64,000 bases of DNA from an uncultured Armatimonadetes bacterium (lineage in GTDB: Bacteria > Armatimonadota > Hebobacteria > Hebobacterales > Hebobacteraceae), in the NCBI GenBank assembly GCA_963716175.1, contig OY970296.1, forward strand, positions 416,001 to 480,000, in the 5' to 3' direction. Under the pieces are notes generated by a model, which was not told the DNA's origin, made no database searches, and saw nothing but the letters and a program-made list of their open reading frames with translations. The position numbers were made by a program, and so were the translations under genes. Every line of letters starts with the position of its first letter. The first letter of the stretch is position 1. This document shows positions 1 to 7,641 of the stretch, piece by piece.

Positions 1-168
1 CTCACGGCTGGTGTCCTGATCCGGATGCCGGGAACGGGATCCATCTCGGGAGCGCCAGAACGCGATCGCGGGGCCCGGGCAGCCGAGGCCGTAGAATCCT
101 ACTGCGAAGTGCTGGCAGCGCTCAAGCTGGCGAAGAAGGCAGGCGCGACCCAGGTTGAGCCGGGCTGA
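1..168 (+). CDS. 3' end of a hypothetical protein (truncated by window start)
   Basis: Frame 1 is open from base 1 to TGA at 166-168 (LTAGVLIRMPG...ATQVEPG*), co-oriented with the downstream receiver gene. Confidence 0.45.
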   Translation, partial: LTAGVLIRMPGTGSISGAPERDRGARAAEAVESYCEVLAALKLAKKAGATQVEPG

Positions 169-224
169 TCGCGATCATCCAGCGCAAGGCAAGTCAGAAC
201 CCTGGAGGCAAGGAGGGAAGGGGG

Positions 225-653
225 ATGAAAAAGGTCCTGGTGGTGGATGACGACCCGGCTGTGGCGCGCCTGATCGGGGCCGCGCTGGAGCAGACCGATG
301 TGGCTCACACTCTCGATTACTGCAGCGACGGTGGGCAGGGCCGCATCAAGGCCGTCGCGGGCGGGTACGACCTGATCACGCTCGACCTGGCGATGCCGCT
401 GATGGGGGGGATGGAGGCCCTGGAGGAGTTGAAGCGGAACCCGAAGTCGGCGCGCATCCCAGTGGTAGTGGTGACGGCGCTGCAGGGCCGCGATCTTCAC
501 GAGCAGGCAAAAGCGCTCGGTGCGACTGCGGTAGTCACAAAGCCGTTCGAGCTTTGGGAGCTGGTGGACATCTTCCGCCTCGTGTTCGCAGGCGACAAAC
601 TGCGTCCCCGCGACGCCACCGACTCGGATCTCGGCCCCCTGGCTGGGACTTGA
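225..653 (+). CDS. Single-domain response regulator (CheY-like receiver)
   Basis: VLVVDDD, LITLDLAMP (phosphoacceptor Asp), VVVVTA and KPF motifs; purine-rich RBS upstream. Confidence 0.92.
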   Translation: MKKVLVVDDDPAVARLIGAALEQTDVAHTLDYCSDGGQGRIKAVAGGYDLITLDLAMPLMGGMEALEELKRNPKSARIPVVVVTALQGRDLHEQAKALGATAVVTKPFELWELVDIFRLVFAGDKLRPRDATDSDLGPLAGT

Positions 654-820
654 TGTGCGCTGGAGGCCACCCTGTTCTCGGATCAGAGATGGCGGCGATG
701 CTTGGGCGGTTGGGGTGACAGGGTGAAGAGGCGCGGGCCCAGCGGCTGAGAAAAGCCGGGCCAGTGGAGTGAATCGCGGCCATTGGGAGGCGATGGGGGG
801 CCAAAGGAGGGGAGGGCGAG

Positions 821-1924
821 ATGGGCGTCACCAAGATCGGGGATTACACCGTCACCCGTGAGCTGGGGCAGGGAGGCATGGGCAGAGTGTTTCAGGCTCT
901 CTCGCCCCAGGGGGCGACGGTCGCGGTTAAGACCATGCTGCTCGGCCAAGGGCTGAACCCCCGCACCCGGTGGGAAACGGTGGAGCGTTTCCAGCGGGAG
1001 GCGCGCGCCGCTCGCTCTCTGGTACACCCGGACATCGTGCAGGTGCTGGATATTGGGGCCAATCAAGACACTTTCTTTATCGTGATGGAGTTCCTGGACG
1101 GGCAGAGCATACGGGAACTGCTCAACACCGCCGGAGCCGTTGGCGTGGAGCGAGGCGTCCAGATCATGACCGCGGCCTGCGAGGCCCTCTCCTATGCTCA
1201 CGACCAGGGCATCATCCACCGCGACATCAAGCCCGAGAACATCATGGTGCTGCGGGACGGCGCGGTCAAGCTGACGGATTTCGGCCTGGCCTCGATCCTG
1301 ACCGAGAAGAGCGTTACCCAGACCGGGACCGTGATGGGCACCTTCGCCTACATGTCACCGGAGCAGGTACGGGGGGAGAAGGTCGATGCCAGGACCGACA
1401 TCTTCTCTCTCGGCTCCACCTTCTACGAGATGCTTACCGGTCGTCAGCCCTTCCCGGGCGAGACCGCGGCGGTGGTCCTGAACAGCATCCTCAAGCAGGA
1501 CCCGCCTCCGGTGCCAGGGCTCCCGGCTCACATCTCACGTGTCGTCAACAAGTGCCTCCGCAAACAGCCGGACTACCGGTTCCAGAAAGCACGCGAGATC
1601 ATCGCCGGCCTCCGCACCACGGAGGCGACAGTCGCGCCCACGGGGACGGCGGTCCTGCCCGGCAGGGCCGGGGCCAGCTCGCAGGCCGTGGATGTCTCGC
1701 CTCCTGTGCAGGTATCGCTGACCGCGCCTCCTCCGGTGTTTCGGTGCTCGAAGTGTGCAGAGCCCATGAGCCGCACCGCCCCCTCCTGCTGGAAGTGCGG
1801 GACGCCCAACTCCCTTATCGCCATGCGCACCCAGCAGCTGAAGCGACAGCAGCAGATCGAGCAAGCGCTCAAGGGCTTCGGAGGCACTTCGAACAAAGGC
1901 AGCCGGTGGAGAAAGCGGAAGTAG
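821..1924 (+). CDS. Hanks-type Ser/Thr protein kinase with C-terminal Zn-ribbon
   Basis: [27 protein letters not shown] and DIFSLG motifs; C-terminal CSKC-x10-CWKC; no TM segment. Confidence 0.95.
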   Translation: MGVTKIGDYTVTRELGQGGMGRVFQALSPQGATVAVKTMLLGQGLNPRTRWETVERFQREARAARSLVHPDIVQVLDIGANQDTFFIVMEFLDGQSIRELLNTAGAVGVERGVQIMTAACEALSYAHDQGIIHRDIKPENIMVLRDGAVKLTDFGLASILTEKSVTQTGTVMGTFAYMSPEQVRGEKVDARTDIFSLGSTFYEMLTGRQPFPGETAAVVLNSILKQDPPPVPGLPAHISRVVNKCLRKQPDYRFQKAREIIAGLRTTEATVAPTGTAVLPGRAGASSQAVDVSPPVQVSLTAPPPVFRCSKCAEPMSRTAPSCWKCGTPNSLIAMRTQQLKRQQQIEQALKGFGGTSNKGSRWRKRK

Positions 1925-1945
1925 CGCGACCCCGCCGCGTTGAGA

Positions 1946-3529
1946 TCACGTCACCGGAAGAGAGAAGCAGAACCGCGAACCGCGGCCCGGTTCGCTTTCC
2001 ACCCAGATGCTGCCGCCGTGGGCCTCCACCGCCATTCGGCAGAACGCCAGGCCCAGGCCCACCGAGACCTGCTCGGCGGATTTGGCGCCCGCGACCTGGA
2101 CGAACTTGTCGAAGATGCGAGCTTGATGCTCGCGGGAGATTCCCGGTCCTTCGTCCTGCACGCTGATCACGATGCGCTTGTTCTCCTGCTCGAACGTCGC
2201 GCTCACCGCAAGCGCGCTGTTGCGAGGAGAGAACTTGGCAGCATTCCCTACCAGATTGACGATGATCCGCCTGAACAACTCACAGTCGCCCAGCACCGGG
2301 GGAAGATCCCTGGGAGCCGCGGTCTCCAGGCGCATGTCTTTCTCGCGGAGCTGGTAGCTCACCAGCGCCAGGGAGCGCTCAATCTCCTCCGCCACCTGCA
2401 ACGGCTCTCGCTCCAGGGCGAGCTGCCCGGCCTCCATCTTCGCCACATCGAGGATGGCAGCGATGAGCACGGAAAGCCACTTGCTGCTGGAGAACGCGAT
2501 CTCCACGAACTCCCGCTGGCGATCTTCCAGGGGCTCGCGAGACAGCAGGTCGAGAAAGCCCATGATACTGGTCAACGGCCCGTTGAGGTCGTGGGTGATC
2601 ATAGCCGAGAGATCCTGCAGCAAGCGGTTCCTGTGCTCGGCCTCGCGCAGCTCCGACCCGACAATGGCCAGCGCCGCGCGGCCCGCGATGAGGCCGAGCC
2701 GCTCCAAGTCGCCCTCGGTGAAGCGTGCCTTCGGCCCTCTGATGTCCACCTGGATGAGCCCCACGGTCTCGTCGCCGGTCCACAGGGGCGCGCATATGCT
2801 GGAGCTGATACCGGCGGCGACCACGCTCTGGGAATCCGCAAACTCCGCGGGAACATCCTTGAACAGGAGCGACTTGCCCTCGCTCACCACCCGCCCCGCC
2901 ACCGACGTGCTGACCGGGATCTCTTCCGCCGCCCTCCCCTCCTCGCCGCGCACCCTGGCCACTTGGCGCCTGGGCCGTTTCGTCTTCTTGTCCACCAGCA
3001 GGATGATGGCATGGGTGGCCTGAGGGAAGCCGCTGAGGATCATATCCAGGATCACGTCCAGGGTCTGCTCGGGATCGAAAGCCAGCCCGATCTGTCGCTC
3101 GAACTGGTAGGCGTCGGCCAGCCCACCGAGGCTAGCGAGCTGCCGCTCTCTGGCGCCGAGCAGGTCGGCGAGACTGCGAGTAGCGACCACGGTGGGCTCG
3201 GCAACGGCCTGCACCACCTCGGCCGCCTCAAACCGAAGCACGGTCTGGCCCACCAGCAGCAGGTCTCCTGACGCGACCTCTACTTCCGGGCTCTGCCGAT
3301 CCAGCGCGGTCCGGACACCTGCTCGTTCCATGACCGAGCCATTGCTGCTGCCCAGATCTCGGTAGAACCACCGACCATTGGTGGAGGAAAGCCGCCCGTG
3401 GTGGCGCGAGACGAACGGATCGGTCAGCCGAACCTCGTTGTCGGAAGCGGTGCCGATGCTGACAGGCGCTTCCCTGGAGACGAAGATCTCGGACTTATCC
3501 TTGCCCTCCAGCACAGTTAAGCGCAGCAT
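1946..3529 (-). CDS. FHA-GAF-histidine kinase (HisKA + HATPase_c)
   Basis: FHA (IG..., VSRHH, DLGSSNGS); GAF (SSICAPL...VGLIQVD); H-box THDLNGPL; N-box NLVGNAAKF; DEGPG; GLGL. Start set at MLRLTV. Confidence 0.92.
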   Translation of the reverse strand: MLRLTVLEGKDKSEIFVSREAPVSIGTASDNEVRLTDPFVSRHHGRLSSTNGRWFYRDLGSSNGSVMERAGVRTALDRQSPEVEVASGDLLLVGQTVLRFEAAEVVQAVAEPTVVATRSLADLLGARERQLASLGGLADAYQFERQIGLAFDPEQTLDVILDMILSGFPQATHAIILLVDKKTKRPRRQVARVRGEEGRAAEEIPVSTSVAGRVVSEGKSLLFKDVPAEFADSQSVVAAGISSSICAPLWTGDETVGLIQVDIRGPKARFTEGDLERLGLIAGRAALAIVGSELREAEHRNRLLQDLSAMITHDLNGPLTSIMGFLDLLSREPLEDRQREFVEIAFSSSKWLSVLIAAILDVAKMEAGQLALEREPLQVAEEIERSLALVSYQLREKDMRLETAAPRDLPPVLGDCELFRRIIVNLVGNAAKFSPRNSALAVSATFEQENKRIVISVQDEGPGISREHQARIFDKFVQVAGAKSAEQVSVGLGLAFCRMAVEAHGGSIWVESEPGRGSRFCFSLPVT

Positions 3530-3655
3530 GCTGGCGCCTCGGCCTCCGATCGTCCGCCCAGGAGCTAGGCGTGGTGCACCGCTCGGCACGGCCTACACAG
3601 GTCCCACCTGCAGTTTCTGCGGCCGACCAGGCTCCCCTGCTCGCCGTCGCCCCCA

Positions 3656-3720
3656 GGCCTGTCCGCCTCTGGCGGGCCCATCCTCCCCTCTGGCCGGCTT
3701 GTCCGCCTCCGGCGGGCAGG
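3656..3720. repeat. Two tandem small palindromes (gtccgcct[ct/cc]ggcgggc)
   Basis: ggcctgtccgcctctggcgggcc at 3656-3678 and ggcttgtccgcctccggcgggc at 3696-3717, in a divergent intergenic region. Confidence 0.55.
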
Positions 3721-3742
3721 ATTTGCTGCCCTCAAGCCGAAT
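3718..3742 (+). promoter_or_regulatory. Putative SigH-like promoter (AGGA-N17-GAAT) of the AmmeMemoRadiSam operon
   Basis: AGGAttt...gccGAAT about 20 nt before ATG 3763; resembles the B. subtilis sigma-H consensus. Confidence 0.35.
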
Positions 3743-3762
3743 CCAACATGGAAGAGGGCAAC

Positions 3763-5400
3763 ATGAGGTCACGCGCGCGCAGGACCGTGATCCTTATCGC
3801 CATCCTCCTGGGGGTGGGGGCGGTCGTAGCCGGTGTGCTGAGCGACGGCCGCGCCCTGGTGGGGCAGCGTGAGGGAGCGCCGCCAGCAGCATCCTCGCAG
3901 GCCACAGCAACCACGCGCCGGTCGCCGGCAGTGGCGGGGATGTTTTACCCCGCCAGTGCGGCGGACCTGCAAGCGGAAGTGACGCGTCGCCTCGACCAGG
4001 CGACCGCAACGCCCCCTGCTGGCGAACTGATGGCGCTGATTGTGCCCCATGCCGGCTACAGCTACAGCGCCGGCGTCGCCGCCTACGCCTACCGCCAGCT
4101 CCGCTCCCACCACTTCGATAAGGTGGTCGTGATCGGTCCCAGCCACCATGTGGGCTTCGGTGGGGCCGCGCTCTCCGGGGAGGAGGAATGGGATACTCCG
4201 CTGGGGCCGGTGGCGATTGACCGTGCCGCCGGCGAGGAGCTGACCAAGCTCGATCCTGATGCCCGAGTGTTGGAGCAGGCCCACGCGCCGGAGCATTCCA
4301 TCGAGGTCCAGCTTCCCTTCCTGCAAGCTACGCTCGGCAACTTCAAGCTTGTGCCCATCCTGATGGCCGACTTCTCGGAAGGGAACTGTCGGGCGCTCTC
4401 CCGCGCGCTGGCCGAGTGGGCACGGGGCCGCTCGGTGCTGCTCATCGCCAGCTCGGACATGTCGCACTACCCCAGCTACGATGATGCCGTGCGCGTTGAT
4501 AAGGAGACGCTGAAGGCCATCCAGACCCTGGACGCCGGTAGCGTGGCAGCGACCACGCGGAAGCTGATGGCCGCGGGCACAGCCGGTCTGGCCACCTGTC
4601 TCTGCGGTGAGGGGCCGGTGGAGACAGTGCTGATGGCCGCCCGCCTGCTGGGCGCAGACAAAGCGAAGGTGCTCCGCTATGGGAACTCCGGCGACATCCC
4701 GGGCACTCCGCGGGATCGGGTGGTCGGCTACGGTGCGGTGGCGATCTACCGGAGCGCTGGCGCGGGCACGCCCGCCACAGGGCCGGCGGACAAGCCGAAG
4801 GCGCGAGGGGGGACCGCCGAGTTGAGTCAGGGTCAGCAGCAGCGACTGCTGTCCCTGGCGCGCGCGACGATTCAGCGATATGTCGCCACGGGCAAGTCAC
4901 CGGAGGCTGCCGAGGCCGATCTCGCTTTCCAGCGGCCCGCGGCCGCCTTCGTGACGCTGAAGAAGGCAGGCGCTCTGCGAGGCTGCATCGGGAGCCTCGA
5001 GCCGACTCTGCCCCTCTGGTCCGAGGTGCGGGACAAAGCGATTTCCGCCGCCACTCGGGATCCGCGCTTCCGCCCCGTCACTCCCGAGGAGCTGGCCGAC
5101 CTGGAGATCGAGATCTCGGTCTTGTCGCCATTGCGGAGAGTGAAGAGCGCCGATGAGATCGAGCTGCGGAAGCACGGCGTGGTGGTGGCGGCGGATGGCC
5201 GCCGGGGGGTATTCCTCCCCCAGGTCGCGGAGGAGACAGGCTGGAGCCGAGACGAGTTCCTGAGCCATCTCTGCTCCGAGAAGGCTGGACTGCCCCCTGA
5301 TGCCTGGAGACGCGGCGCCGACCTCTACGTGTTCACAGTGCAGTCCTTCTCCTCTCCCGCACCCAGAGAGCAGTCACGTGGCAAGCCATCGGGGAAGTGA
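3763..5400 (+). CDS. AmmeMemoRadiSam protein B (Memo) fused to protein A (AMMECR1), with N-terminal signal peptide/TM
   Basis: Memo motifs PAVAGMFYP, PHAGYSYS, GPSHH, EHSIEVQLPFLQ, SSDMSHY, CG, VVGY; AMMECR1 motifs FVTL..LRGCIG, DPRF, EISVLS, GVFLPQV; N-terminus RARR + VILIAILLGVGAVVAGVL. Confidence 0.92.
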   Translation: MRSRARRTVILIAILLGVGAVVAGVLSDGRALVGQREGAPPAASSQATATTRRSPAVAGMFYPASAADLQAEVTRRLDQATATPPAGELMALIVPHAGYSYSAGVAAYAYRQLRSHHFDKVVVIGPSHHVGFGGAALSGEEEWDTPLGPVAIDRAAGEELTKLDPDARVLEQAHAPEHSIEVQLPFLQATLGNFKLVPILMADFSEGNCRALSRALAEWARGRSVLLIASSDMSHYPSYDDAVRVDKETLKAIQTLDAGSVAATTRKLMAAGTAGLATCLCGEGPVETVLMAARLLGADKAKVLRYGNSGDIPGTPRDRVVGYGAVAIYRSAGAGTPATGPADKPKARGGTAELSQGQQQRLLSLARATIQRYVATGKSPEAAEADLAFQRPAAAFVTLKKAGALRGCIGSLEPTLPLWSEVRDKAISAATRDPRFRPVTPEELADLEIEISVLSPLRRVKSADEIELRKHGVVVAADGRRGVFLPQVAEETGWSRDEFLSHLCSEKAGLPPDAWRRGADLYVFTVQSFSSPAPREQSRGKPSGK

Positions 5401-6478
5401 TCCCCAACCTCCGCAGCAGCCGCTCCGGTCGGATGGCAGCCTGAGCCGACGCGATCTGCTGAGAACCGCCGCCGCAGGCGCGGTGACGGCATGGGGCCTG
5501 CTGAGGAGCCGCGGCCTGCCTGGCGCGGGGGCCGGCGACGCCGCGGAAGCAAGCCAGACCTGGGAACTGAGAGCCCCTCTGCGCCGGGAGGGCGTGGTCG
5601 TGATCGTGCGCAGCCCGCGAGCTATCGGTAGTCGGCGCAAGGCGAACTCGGCCGTGGTCGGGAGCATGGTAGACGCGGGCCTGACGCGGCTGGCGGGCGT
5701 TTCCGACCCGGTGCAGGCGTGGCGCCGTTTCTTCGCCCCCAACGATGTGGTCGGCATAAAGGTCAACTGCCTGGGAGCGCCGGCCACTCACACTCACACG
5801 GAAGTGACCATGGCGGTGGCCCGAAGTCTGCAGCGAGCCGGACTGCCCGAGCGTAATCTGGTGATCTACGATCGCTCCACTGACGAACTCCGCCGCTCCG
5901 GCTATCCGGTCAACACCGGAGCGGGGCTGCAGTGCTATGGCAGCGACCAACGCGGTTACGACCGCGAACCCACGACGGCCGGCGAGGTGGGATCCTGCTT
6001 CAGCCGGATCGTCTCCGAGGACTGCACCGCCTTGATCAACCTCCCGCTGCTGAAGGACCACGACGTGGCCGGCGTCAGCATCAGCCTCAAGAACCACTTC
6101 GGAAGCATCAACAACCCAAACAAGCTGCATCTCGACCACTGCTGTCCCTATGCCGCCGACGTCAACCTGGCCCCGGTGCTCAGGAAGAAGCAGCGTCTGG
6201 TCGTCTGCGACGCGCTGGAGGCGATCTACGACGGTGGCCCTACCTACCGCCCGGCAACCACGCACAGCTACGGAGGGCTGCTGATCGCCACCGACCCGGT
6301 GGCTCTGGACCGCGTTGGCTGGCAGATCATCGAGAGCCTGCGGGCAAAAGCGGGGCTGAAGACGCTGCGAGCGGCGGGCCGGGAGCCCCGTTACATCGCG
6401 GTGGCCGGCGATTCCCAACATCGGCTCGGCGTATCCGACCTGGGGCGAATCCGGAAGATCGAAGTGACGGTAAGCTGA
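5378..6478 (+). CDS. DUF362 domain protein with twin-arginine (Tat)-like signal
   Basis: SRRDLLR followed by a hydrophobic stretch; VGIKVN, LINLPLLKDH, SLKNHFG and DPVALD motifs; GTG start overlapping upstream gene. Confidence 0.85.
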   Translation: MASHRGSDPQPPQQPLRSDGSLSRRDLLRTAAAGAVTAWGLLRSRGLPGAGAGDAAEASQTWELRAPLRREGVVVIVRSPRAIGSRRKANSAVVGSMVDAGLTRLAGVSDPVQAWRRFFAPNDVVGIKVNCLGAPATHTHTEVTMAVARSLQRAGLPERNLVIYDRSTDELRRSGYPVNTGAGLQCYGSDQRGYDREPTTAGEVGSCFSRIVSEDCTALINLPLLKDHDVAGVSISLKNHFGSINNPNKLHLDHCCPYAADVNLAPVLRKKQRLVVCDALEAIYDGGPTYRPATTHSYGGLLIATDPVALDRVGWQIIESLRAKAGLKTLRAAGREPRYIAVAGDSQHRLGVSDLGRIRKIEVTVS

Positions 6479-6486
6479 GGAAAGCG

Positions 6487-7641
6487 ATGCTGCTGACTCG
6501 CCGGGATCTGCTCAGACTCGGTGTCGGATGCACGCTTGGCGCCAGCGCGTGGTCCTGTGGGGCGGGCATACCTATGTCCGCCGAGGGCCGATCCCGCAAC
6601 CTGGCGCCCAGCGCGGGCGATAACCCGAAGTGGACGCACCAGGCTGAGTACTACCGCAAGCTTGGCAAGCAGCGAGTGCGCTGCCTGCTCTGCCCGAGAG
6701 AGTGCGAGGTGGGCCCGGCCGAGCGCGGCTTCTGCGGCGTGCGGGAGAACCGGGAGGGCGAGTACTACACTCTGGTCTACGGACGGGCCGCCTCGGTCAA
6801 CGTTGACCCCATCGAGAAGAAGCCGCTCTTCCACGTGAAGCCCGGCAGCCCGGTCTTCTCCTTCGCCACCGCAGGCTGCAACCTGGCCTGCAAGAACTGC
6901 CAGAACTGGCAGCTGTCGCAGTCCCGCCCGGAGCAGGTGCCCGCGGTTGATCTGCCTCCCGCCAAGCTGGTGGAGGCCGCTCGCGATCAAGGCTGCACTC
7001 TGATCGCCGGCACCTACTCCGAGCCGATAGTCTTCGCTGAGTACATGTTGGCCGTCGCCAGGGAGGGGAACAAGCGCGGGGTTCGCTCCACCATGATCAG
7101 CGCGGGCTACATCAGCCGTCAGCCTTTGGTTGACCTCTGCCGGGAGCTGGCCGCCGTCAAGATTGATCTCAAGTCCATGCGAGATGGCTTCTACCGCGAC
7201 AACTGCGCCGGCACCCTGAAACCGGTGCTGGACAGCATCGAGCTGATCAGGAAGCAGAAGGTGTGGCTCGAGATCGTGTACCTGGTGGTGCCGACCCTCA
7301 ACGACAGCGAGCGAGAGATTCGGGACCTGGCGCGCTGGGTGAAAGGTCACGTTGGCACTGACGTTCCCCTGCACTTCAGCCGCTTCTACCCGCAGTATCG
7401 CCTGAAGAACCTGCCTCCGACTCCCTACGAGACGCTCTCTCGCTGCTACCAGATCGCCCGCGCCGAGGGGCTGCACTACGTCTACGTGGGCAACGTCCCC
7501 GGCAGTCCGGCGGAGAGCACCTACTGCCCGAAGTGCGGTAAGCGGCTCGTCCATCGCGAGGGATATCGCGTGAGTGAGATCCGCATCAAGCGCGGGCGGT
7601 GCCAGTATTGCCAACAGATCATCCCGGGCCTGTGGTCTTGA
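6487..7641 (+). CDS. AmmeMemoRadiSam radical SAM enzyme with Tat-like signal
   Basis: TRRDLLR signal; CLLCPREC..GFCGVR; DPIEKKPLFH; CNLACKNC (CxxxCxxC); PLHFSRFYPQY; YVYVGN; C-terminal CPKC..CQYC. Confidence 0.93.
   Translation: MLLTRRDLLRLGVGCTLGASAWSCGAGIPMSAEGRSRNLAPSAGDNPKWTHQAEYYRKLGKQRVRCLLCPRECEVGPAERGFCGVRENREGEYYTLVYGRAASVNVDPIEKKPLFHVKPGSPVFSFATAGCNLACKNCQNWQLSQSRPEQVPAVDLPPAKLVEAARDQGCTLIAGTYSEPIVFAEYMLAVAREGNKRGVRSTMISAGYISRQPLVDLCRELAAVKIDLKSMRDGFYRDNCAGTLKPVLDSIELIRKQKVWLEIVYLVVPTLNDSEREIRDLARWVKGHVGTDVPLHFSRFYPQYRLKNLPPTPYETLSRCYQIARAEGLHYVYVGNVPGSPAESTYCPKCGKRLVHREGYRVSEIRIKRGRCQYCQQIIPGLWS

Noticed and set aside
1940-3271. 443-aa + strand ORF
   Set aside because: Antisense shadow of the FHA-GAF histidine kinase; no motifs, typical of high-GC DNA
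5932-6486. Long N-terminal extensions given by the ORF track (also 3571, 41968, 43260, 47574, 59664)
   Set aside because: They overlap upstream genes in another frame or lack support; real starts sit at RBS or stop-start overlaps
6541-6560. Lipobox-like SAWSC in the radical SAM signal
   Set aside because: The Cys codon is the first triplet of a REP-like palindrome, so it may be incidental; lipoprotein status not claimed
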